From: Selaginella moellendorffii
Taxonomy: Eukaryota > Plantae > Lycopodiophyta
DNA: 64,000 nt
Assembly (NCBI RefSeq): GCF_000143415.4
Contig: NW_003314286.1
Coordinates: 1,027,643 to 1,091,642 of the forward strand
Reading direction: 5' to 3'
Below the pieces are notes generated by a model. The model had not been told where the DNA came from, searched no databases, and saw nothing but the letters and a program-made list of their open reading frames with translations. A program made the position numbers and the translations under genes. Below, one piece after another: positions 25,806-35,093 of the stretch. Position 1 is the stretch's first letter. Every line of letters begins with the position of its first letter.

Positions 25806-28522
25806 ATGGAGATGGAGGAAGCTGGGCGCATCGATCACCTGTCGGGCGAGCGGCAAAAGGCGCAGTTCGATTTGCAGCCAATGAGGGTGCTACTGGCGGG
25901 CGGAGAGCACGAATTGGACGTGGCGCAGCGTGTTGCTGCTATTGTCGCCAGGGACCCGGTAAGCGAAATCGTTCGCCTCTGGTGTTCGTACCAGCAATTT
26001 TTATTTGTTCATTTCCTTTCTCAGGTGTTCAGCAAAGCAAATCGAACGAGGCTAAGTCGAGAAGAACTCTACAAAAACAGTCTCCGTAAAGCTTCCCATG
26101 GCTGGAAGCTGATCCAGCAACTGAAACTAACAGGTACCTTCTCCAAAAAATTTTTTCTCACTTCTCGATTGCATTGAGCAGAGGAGGAAGCGTTTAAGCT
26201 GAGATCTCTTGTGGACGAGCCGACTTTTACAGATTTGCATTGGGTGAGCACGTAACTGGTATCTTCGGAATGGAGCTTATAAGTTTTATTTGTAGGGAAT
26301 GTTTGTTCCAGCCATCAAAGGTCAGGCAACCGACGAGCAGCAAAAATACTGGCTTCCTCTTGCCTACAAAATGGCTGTGATCGGTTGCTACGCACAGACG
26401 GAGCTTGGTCATGGATCTAATGTCCAAGGCCTTGAAACTACTGCCACTTTTGATCCTGCGACCGACGAGTTTGTGATGAACAGCCCAAACCTGACTTCTA
26501 CAAAGGTAAACAAATCTTTGCGACGAGCATTTTCTAATAAAGCTGTTTTCAGTGGTGGCCTGGTGGTCTAGGCAAAGCCTCTACACACGCTCTAGTGTAT
26601 GCTCGACTGATCACCGACAATCACGACTACGGGATACACGGTATAGTTTGTTTTGGTTTCTCTTAAGTGCTTAACGTCGTGTTTCCAGCCTTCATTGTCC
26701 AGATTAGAAGTTTGGATGATCATAAGCCTTTGCCTGGAGTTACTGTTGCTGATATTGGTGTAAAGTTTGGAAATGCTGGTTACAACACCATGGACAATGG
26801 GCTTTTGCGTTTTGATCAAGTTCGCATACCTCGAAATAACATGCTAATGAAGTAAGATATGTTAGAATGTGTTCTTCGACTTTTCTAATGTTTATTTTCT
26901 TTCAGACTTGCTAAAGTTACGAAAGAGGGAAAGTATATCTCCTCGGATGTCCCAAAGCAGCTCGCTTACGGAGCAATGGTTTATGTTAGACAGAGCATAG
27001 TGTCTGATGCGTCTGTATATCTTTCTCGCGCTGTAACGATAGCTGTAAGATACAGCTGTGTTCGTCGACAGTTCGGTGGTCAAGGAAATGATCCTGAGAC
27101 GCAGGCAAGTTCTTTCCATATTTTGATTTGGATTTTACTCTGTCGCAACAGGTTATTGACTATAAAACTCAACAACATAGGCTCTTCCCGTTGCTAGCAA
27201 CAACTTATGCTTATCGTATTGTCGGGCAGTGGCTGAAATGGCTTTATTCGGACGTCATGAATAGATTGGAAAGCTACGATTTTTCAACCTTGCCAGAAGT
27301 GCACGCGTGTACATCAGGACTGAAGTCCCTCACTACGTCAGTTGCTGCAGTAAGTCTGAAAAAACGTAGCTTTTGGCATTCTCTAAGGTCACTGTTTGTT
27401 CTTCTGCAGGACGGAATTGAGGAATGCAGGAAGTTGTGTGGTGGGCATGGATACCTCTGCTCCAGTGGTCTTCCAGAATTGTATGCTGCATATGTTCCTG
27501 CGTGCACCTACGAGGGAGACAATGTCGTTCTTCTTCTTCAGGTAAATCTTCTTACAGTGTCTTCATGTTGCGTATCTAAGTTTTGAGACAGGTTGCAAGG
27601 TTTCTATTAAAAACATTGTCCCAACTTGGAGGTGGAGTCAAGCCCGTTGGAACAGCTTCTTACTTGGGAAATTTACCCGTCCTGACTAAGCAGGGATCTC
27701 GGGTTTCTCAAGGTATGCAATTTCTTCCCTCGGTGTTTTCTTTTGCTAAAGTTGCTTGGAACTTTATAGGAACGGACTGGCTTGACCACTCAAACCTTCT
27801 CTACGCCTTCGAAGCCAGGGCAGCTCGCTTGGCTTTAGTTGCTGCTCAACTTGTTCAAAAAGCTGGAAACGAAGCAGGTAAGGAAAGTTGTTTTACTAAA
27901 ATAGTATATGTTCATGGTTCTGCTTCACAGGATTTGAGCAGCATTCCATTGAACTGATCGAAGCAGCTCGCGCTCATTGCGAGCTCATGGTTCTCTCAAA
28001 GTAAGTCGCTCCTTCCATTTTTTCTGCTTTGCTACAGCTTATTTTCCTCGCGCCCAGATTCGTGGAGAGATTGCAGCGAGGAGTCCCTGGCCGTGGCGTC
28101 CAACGTCAGCTCGATATCCTCTGCGAAGTTTACGGCCTCTTCCTACTCGTGTCCCGAGCTGGAGACTTTCTCTCCACGGGATGCTTGACTCCAACGCAAG
28201 TAGCGCTGGCAAAACAGCAGCTCCAGAACTTATACACGGAGGTAACGCCACAAACTCGATCCTTTTTGGAAGCCATCTTCACCATCCTTCTGTGTTCGTC
28301 CAGGTGCGACCAAACGCCGTGGCTCTAGTCGACGCGTTTGGTCATACTGACCACTACCTGGGATCAATCCTTGGTCGCTACGACGGAGATGTGTATCCAA
28401 ACCTCTACAAAGATGCGTGGGAGGAGCCACTCAACAAAACGGTGGTCACGGATGGCTACGAAGAGTACATCCGGCCCATTCTCAAGCAAGAGTTTCTCCC
28501 GAGTCGCAAGGCCAGATTGTAG
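25806..28522 (+). CDS. ACX1: Peroxisomal acyl-CoA oxidase (ACX1-like), multi-exon
   Basis: [65 protein letters not shown]-terminal PTS1 ARL*. Confidence 0.97.
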
Positions 28523-28797
28523 TAAGCCGCGAACGGACGGCCGAGATTGGCTGTTATTCACGGGACGGCTAAGATTTTTACCTGGTGGGAATAAAGTCCT
28601 GTGTTGATGTATTAGGGTTCTTGCTACATTGTACTGGGCGGCTAGGGCTCTTTAGATTCTCTATCGCCTCCGCCACGGCGCTGTGGCTGTAGCGATAGTC
28701 CCCGGGAACAAATTTGGCTGCGTGCGATTCCTGAGCACTCCCAGTTACCGTGTTTCCTAGATTCTTCTTGGCGATTGGCCGCGCTTTCTATTTCTTG

Positions 28798-28881
28798 TGG
28801 CCGATGATGATGATTCTTTCGAAATGGCGGAGATTGGTTTTCTGTGACGCTGTTTTCTGTTGTTACACACCCTGATGGCCA
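28798..28881 (+). ncRNA. Box C/D snoRNA guiding 25S rRNA 2'-O-methylation (probable snoR22 orthologue)
   Basis: Terminal stem TGGCCG/TGGCCA, C box ATGATGA (28804), D box CTGA (28872). Guide GTTGTTACACAC is complementary to conserved 25S GUGUGUAACAAC; the D+5 rule points to a U. The name is from memory. Confidence 0.88.
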
Positions 28882-28892
28882 GTGTGATCGTG

Positions 28893-29031
28893 ATCAAGGG
28901 GCTAGAGAGTAGGGCGGCGAGCTCTTGATTTTCGCCGCGCCTTAGTCGCCCCTTGGAGAGAGAATTGTTGCTGTTATAGCAGGCATTGGATCGATTTTAC
29001 CCCAAGCCTGTGTCGGATGGCAACGACAGCT
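28893..29031 (+). ncRNA. Box H/ACA snoRNA (hairpin-H-hairpin-ACA)
   Basis: Hairpin 1 CAAGGGGC...GCCCCTTG with upper stems TAGGGC/GCCTTA and GGCGA/TCGCC; H box AGAGAA 28959-28964, 14 nt after the upper stem; hairpin 2 GTTGCTGTT...CAGGC/GCCTG...GATGGCAAC; ACA at 29026-29028; about 139 nt. Confidence 0.75.
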
Positions 29032-29056
29032 CGAAATTTGTCGGGGAATCTCGATT

Positions 29057-29154
29057 GGTACGATGATGAGAATCGCTCTGGATGGGCACGCCGTGATCAG
29101 TGGGTAACACTATGAATGGCGCAAAACAAACGACTTCTCCTTCCTCTGAGTACC
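29057..29154 (+). ncRNA. Box C/D snoRNA guiding 18S rRNA 3'-end 2'-O-methylation (probable snoR23 orthologue)
   Basis: Terminal stem GGTAC/GTACC, C box ATGATGA (29063), D box CTGA (29146). 16-nt guide ACGACTTCTCCTTCCT is complementary to plant 18S AGGAAGGAGAAGUCGU; the D+5 rule points to an A. The name is from memory. Confidence 0.92.
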
Positions 29155-29349
29155 CTAAAACGATAAAAGCCCTAGAATCTCCCAAGAACCCTAGAAATTG
29201 GTCGGCGCCAGTATCAGCCGGCCACGTATGCGGCCAGATGTCACGCTGTTTATAGGCCGTGTCATCGCAGCACATTTCTCTGCTTTTATTTGCGGTGCGT
29301 TGTGAGGCTTTGGGGTTTTTCCGCGACTAAAATTGATCGATAGGGAATC

Positions 29350-30106
29350 ATGGGCGCTATCTGGGCTGTGATCACCAGGCTGCACGCCTTCGCTGGGTAA
29401 GCTCTCTCGCAATCGATTCAATCCGGGCGGAAACCTCACTCCTTTTGGCTTGTTTTCCCCAATTTCTTCCATCCAGGCCGGTCATCTCTGTTCTCTACCC
29501 GATGTAAGCGCTCTTTCTTTTTTTTCTCTCTCGATTCGTGGCTGAGTCTCTCTCCAGGCTCGCGTCTGTCAAGGCGATCGAGAGTCCACTCAAGGAAGAC
29601 GACGAGCAGTGGCTAACATACTGGATCTTGTATTCTTTGATGACGCTGCTTGAGATTGCCGCTGCACCAGCGCTGGCCTGGTAAAGTCCCTCTTTTTTTT
29701 TCTTCCCGGTCTCTTAGATTTTTTTTTTTTTGTGGTCAGGTTTCCTTTGTGGTACCCTGTGAAGCTCGCGCTCCTCTGCTGGCTTGTTCTTCCACAGTTT
29801 AAAGGCGCGAGCTTTGTCTACAACCAGCTCGTCCGCAAGTACGTGGTTAACAACAGTGGTGCGATCAAGGAGAAGGTCGGCGATGTCTTGGATCCCCAGA
29901 CGAGGTCATCGGTGGAGAGATTTATTCACGAGAATGGATTGGACGCGCTGGACAAGCTACTTGCCGAGGCTGTGAGTTTTCATTTTTTTCTTCTTTCGAG
30001 GATCTAAAGCTTTTTTTTTGTTTGTGATGTTCCTTTCTTGCAGGCACAGAAGAACGAGAAGAAACCACTTCCATCTCCGAAGCAAGAATCCCAAGAGAGA
30101 TATTGA
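29350..30106 (+). CDS. HVA22: HVA22/TB2-DP1 family protein (5 exons)
   Basis: [17 protein letters not shown]...[27 protein letters not shown]...[11 protein letters not shown]. Confidence 0.92.
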
Positions 30107-30353
30107 GAAGGAAAAGTCTAGCTTTGGCTGTGGGTGTACATTGTCTTAACGTATGCTTCAGGTTTCCTTAGAGTCTTTCCTTGTTGCTTATAAAAGTTTT
30201 GTATCTCCCATTGGATCAAAGCCGGATTTTACATAACTGGAGCACCCAAGTATCATCTGCATCTGTTTGGTTCAAAAACAAAGAAATTTGCTCTTTCGCT
30301 TGTGAGCGTAAACACTTGAGAAAAATTTCATTCGCATTCCAACCTCGTGAAGC

Positions 30354-32853
30354 TTATTGTGGATTTGGTGCCCTTCCATTTGCTGCGGACACTCGGGATC
30401 CCCACTCGAGGAGCTCTCTGCTCGTGTCGTCCTTGTGACAAATGCATTCGATGAAGCAAAAGCAGTCTTTCTTGTCGCCGGTGGCCTGCTTGATTGCTTC
30501 CAGGAGATCCTCTTCGGTTTTCACCTGACCGACACAATCGTGAGACGAGAAATAAATATAAAGAAACCTCTGTGATTACCTTGCACGTCCAGGATTTTCC
30601 TTCGCCATTGTGGATGGCGTCTACCAGGCCGGTGTAGTCCCAGTTCTTGATCACGTTGTACGGCCCGTCGTGGATTTCGACTTCGATGGTGTATCCTCCG
30701 TTGTTAATGAGGAAGATGATGCTCTTTTGCTCTTGCCTGATCATGGTTGAAACGTCCTGCGCTGTCACCTGTGTAGAAAGCCACACAATAGTATTTTTTG
30801 CTCTCTTCAAAAGACGAACAAAGCGCACTCTTTTCTTACCTGGAAACTTCCATCACCAATGCACGCAATGACACGCTTGTTGGGAACAGCTTGCGCGTAT
30901 CCCAAAGTCGCACCCACTGACCAGCCTATCGATCCATATTGCATTTGAAACTCGTAGCTGTGTGATGCCAGCAGTTAGTGCTCTACGAGAAAGCTAAAAC
31001 ATTCTCGAAGTTTCACTTACCCGCATCCCTGTGGAAGCTTCAATTTCTGGCAGTTAAACCACGAGTCTCCGGTCTCGGCAATCACGGCTGTGTTCTCGTT
31101 GAGCATGTCCTGGAACCAAGACTACAACGGTCAGACAGAGGATCGAACAAACCAGCCTTACTTATAAGCTCCTTGTTGGTGATGTTTTTAAAAGAGGATG
31201 GTTGGTTGTTTGCCTGGATGTGCTTGAAGAGCACGTTAACTCTGAGTGGTTCGCCAGGAATGGCTTTCGGAACGATCCCCCCAGGAATGTAGATCCGCTT
31301 GAAGTTGTCAAAAGCCGTTGTGTTCCTCTTTACTTTCTTTGCCAGGCCTTCAAGGAAGTCCTTCATCAGGCAGCAGCCAAACGCGACACCGTTTGCAATT
31401 GTGACCCGGTCCGGCTGCACAATCACGGCCTTTTCCTTTTTGAAGAGAAGCGAATACCCGACTGAGCTGTAGTCATTGAAGATTGGTCCCGCGAACAAGT
31501 AGCAGTCGGCCGACTCCACGATTTCCAAGCAGAAAGGAGTGCTGACGGCCCCCCAGTAAGTTCCAATGTAATGCTCGTGGGTCTCTGAGACCTGGCCTTT
31601 GGCGGAAGGCATCGAAGCCAACGCGTAGCCGGAGGCATTCGCAAGCTCCTCAAATGCTGCTCCGGCTTTGGCTACTCGCAGCTTAGGACCTCCGACAAGA
31701 ACTGGCTTAACTGCTGCGTTTAGAACCTCGGCCGTTGCCTCTATAGCTGCCTCCAAACTCGCGGGATTGCTTTGCCTGTAAAATGTAGCTCTCTCAGTAA
31801 AAAAGAACTCGAGCTTTTTTTGCAATAAAAAATATCACAAGAACTAAAACATCCACAAGCAAGAAATGCAACCTTGTCGGAGTTCACAAAAGCATCAGAA
31901 AACAAGGAAGCAGCCAAATGCTAGACAAGCAAAACATCAAACGTGTCAACAGCTCGCAATGAAAGTAAAAAGCACCTCTTGTGTAGTGCGTAGGGAACAG
32001 GCTCCCTGTTGAAGGACGCGTGTGGAATGGCTGGAAGGTTACAACTTATGCTGATATAAACTGGCTTGCTTTCTTTGAGAGCAGTGGCGATGGCGTAGTC
32101 GATGAGTTCGTGTGCATCGTCAATGTGTTGAACTACAGCCTGGAAAAAAAAAAGAGACAAAAACGTTACACGTCTTAGCAACTAAGAAGAACTACAGGAA
32201 GAACACGTACGTACCTGTGCGCAAGTCACTTGCTGGAAGCATCGAAACTCCTGGCTAAAATCCGGAATACCAATGGTGTGGTGGAGAATCCGGTTGGTCC
32301 CGAAATCGTTGGAGTTGGGGCCGCCGACGACACATATCACTGGCAGATTCTCGCTGTAGGCTCCCGCGATGGCGTTGATCACGCTGAGGCCACCAACGGT
32401 GAAGGTGACGACGCAGCAGCCCACGCCATTGATCCGGGCGTAGCCATCCGCGGCATAGCCAGCATTGAGCTCGTTGCAGCACCCAACCACGTTGAGCCCC
32501 GGGTCGGCTATGAGATAGTCGAGGAGGATGAGATTGAAATCCCCGGGGACCGAGAACACGTCCCTCACCCCGACCTCGACCAGGCGCCGGGCGAGATGCT
32601 TGCCGAGCGTGCCCTTGGGATCGTTGCTGGGAGGCCCTGTCATGCTGTAGGATGCCGATGGAGAAGATCCTGCTGCTGGAGAAGAAGAGCCCTGACTGGG
32701 CGAAGGCTGAGGAGCTAGGAGCGACGATGCGGCGACTGTTGGGGACGACGGATTATCGGCGGCGGCGGCGGCTGGCGATGTCGATCCTCCTCCGAGAACT
32801 GCGCTGAGCTTCCTCCCGGTCGGCGAGAACAGCTTGCTAGTCCGCTTTTTCAT
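30354..32853 (-). CDS. PDC: Pyruvate decarboxylase (multi-exon); start uncertain (32853 or 32643)
   Basis: [71 protein letters not shown]-terminus ...ANGRAPNPQ*. Confidence 0.97.
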
Positions 32854-33151
32854 GTGAAATCAGCATCAAGATCCCTCACCTGCATCGCTCTCCGCGGGGA
32901 TCACAGCGGTAGTGGCATTGGCGCGCAGCGAAGAACCCTAGAGAGGCGCGTCCAAGGAGCTCAAGTTTGATGCGTCCCTTCGTAGGGCTTGAAGCGCTGG
33001 CTGATGTGGCGGGAAAAGATCCAACGGCGGGGCTTTCAAAATGAACGGTGCAGATTGTTTCAAGTTTGCCACATCAGCAAAACCACTGACCCGGTTTTAG
33101 GGTTCTTGCGAGAGCGATGAGCGCGAGTTTCTTCGTCTTTGATCGCCGGAG

Positions 33152-35002
33152 ATGGATCTCCAGGGGAAATTCTGGCGGCGGATTGATTCCCGGAGCGGCG
33201 GCGCTGCAGTCCGTGAGATTGATGAGGCGCAGCACCAGAGAATTAAGAGAAAGGTATGCCTGCTCGTGGATTCACTCAAGGAATGCAGCCGTGAGAGGGA
33301 TTTAGAGCGCGGCAGGGCAATCCACGCCGACGCTCGCAACAGCGGGCTGGAATCCAATATTTTCCTGGCGAGCTCTTTGCTCTACATGTACTCGAAGTGT
33401 GGGAGCATGGTGGACGCTCACAGGGCTTTCGACGACATGGTAGCTCACGACGTGGTGACTTGGACGTCGCTGATCCTTGGGTATGCCGAGAATGGGAATG
33501 GATACTCGGCCTTGGAGATTTTCTCGCGAATGCTGCTTGAGCGATGCCCGCCAAATCCTCGGACATTCGTGGCGGGATTGAAGGCCTGTAGCAGCTTGGC
33601 CGAGCAAGAACAGGGACTTGAGATGGTAGTCGACATGGAAAAGAAGAAAACGACGGAACAACAAAAACAGGAGGTGGAGAAAAAAAAGATGGTGAAAGCT
33701 AAAGCTCTGGAGAAAGGCATGGCTCTCCACTCAAGAGCTATGGCAGAGAAGTGTGATCTAAACATCTTCGTCTCCAACACACTGGTAGACATGTACGCAA
33801 ACTGTGGGAGCATGGAGGATGCTAGAGCTGCGTTTGAGAGGATGCCTTGCCGGAGCGTGGTTTCCTGGAGTGCCTTGGTTCTGGGATACGTTAACAACGG
33901 GGAGCCAAGTGTTGCTTTGGAGGTGTTTTGCCGGATGCAAAGAGAAGGCTTTGCTCCAAACTCGCAAACTTTTGTTGCTGCTCTCAAGGCTTGCACCTGC
34001 CTGGCGCTGGGCGAAGATTGGACTCAAGTTGGCGACGAGTTTTTAAAGGTAGAATCGTTGGAGAAAGGCATGGCGGTTCATTCTCAAGCTTGGAAGTCGG
34101 ACCTTCCTTCATCGAACAACTTTGTCATGAACACGCTCGTGGATATGTACGCAAGCTCGGGAAGCTTGTGGGACGCGCACAGGGTCTTCCAGGCGATGCC
34201 TTGTCACACCGTCGTCTCATGGAATGCCATGATTCTTGGCTACGCCGAGAATGGGAACGGTCACTTGGCGCTACAGCTCTTCACAGGTATGATATTTGAT
34301 AGAAGTTGTGCTCCAAATGTATTGACTTGTGCCGCTGCTCTCAAGGCGGCCTGTGCTAGTGGCTCAACTCTGGAGGCGGGGAAGTTCGTTCATGTGCAGA
34401 TCTGCAAGCTCGGCTTCGAGAGCGAAACAATTTTACAGGCTTCTCTGATGGACGCCTATGGCAAATCCGGGAGCATGTTTGCTGCACAGTTGGTCTTTGA
34501 ATCGTCCCTAGCTACTAGAGACGTCATCAGCTGGAATGCTCTCATGGGAGGCTACAGCCGTCAGGGAGACAGCCACCTAGTCTTTGAGCTCTTTGCTGCG
34601 TCGCAAGACGAGGGCCTTCGACCCGACAATGCAACACTTCTGTGCATTCTTTCTACGTGCGCTCACTCGGGTCTGGTGGACAAAGGAAACAAGTATTTCC
34701 AGGCAATGAGCTCACGGTTTGGTTTAAGCCCCGGCTACGAGCATTACGTCTGCATGGTTGATCTCCTCGGACGATCGAACCAGCTAGAGCAGGCACTGGC
34801 ACTGTTAAGAAGTATGCCCATGGAGCCGGATGTAGCAGCATGGCGAACTTTGCTTGCAGCCTGTGAGAAGTGGAAGAACGAGAAAGTTGGGAAGATAGCC
34901 TTCGAGTCTGCTGTAAGACTGGGTGACAACAACGCTGCTGCCTACACGATGATGGCGAGCATCTACGAGAGCGAGGATAGAAGAACCGAGGAGAATTCTT
35001 AA
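33152..35002 (+). CDS. Intronless PLS-class PPR protein with E domain (organellar RNA-editing factor type)
   Basis: P/L/S repeats (LYMYSKCGS..DA..AFD.M, DVVTWTSLI.GY), HYVCMVDLLGR, W.TLL.AC. No DYW domain. Confidence 0.93.
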   Translation: MDLQGKFWRRIDSRSGGAAVREIDEAQHQRIKRKVCLLVDSLKECSRERDLERGRAIHADARNSGLESNIFLASSLLYMYSKCGSMVDAHRAFDDMVAHDVVTWTSLILGYAENGNGYSALEIFSRMLLERCPPNPRTFVAGLKACSSLAEQEQGLEMVVDMEKKKTTEQQKQEVEKKKMVKAKALEKGMALHSRAMAEKCDLNIFVSNTLVDMYANCGSMEDARAAFERMPCRSVVSWSALVLGYVNNGEPSVALEVFCRMQREGFAPNSQTFVAALKACTCLALGEDWTQVGDEFLKVESLEKGMAVHSQAWKSDLPSSNNFVMNTLVDMYASSGSLWDAHRVFQAMPCHTVVSWNAMILGYAENGNGHLALQLFTGMIFDRSCAPNVLTCAAALKAACASGSTLEAGKFVHVQICKLGFESETILQASLMDAYGKSGSMFAAQLVFESSLATRDVISWNALMGGYSRQGDSHLVFELFAASQDEGLRPDNATLLCILSTCAHSGLVDKGNKYFQAMSSRFGLSPGYEHYVCMVDLLGRSNQLEQALALLRSMPMEPDVAAWRTLLAACEKWKNEKVGKIAFESAVRLGDNNAAAYTMMASIYESEDRRTEENS

Positions 35003-35093
35003 GACAGGTATGTTTTTATTTTGGTATTGCTCTTTATTCTGGTTTTCTCTCTTAACATTCCTCCTCAACTTTGCAGGCCTCAATACCATTTTC

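Noticed and set aside
35010-35093. Hydrophobic N-terminus on PPR-2 starting at ATG 35010
   Set aside because: The ATG is part of a GTATGT donor and the segment is a U-rich intron.
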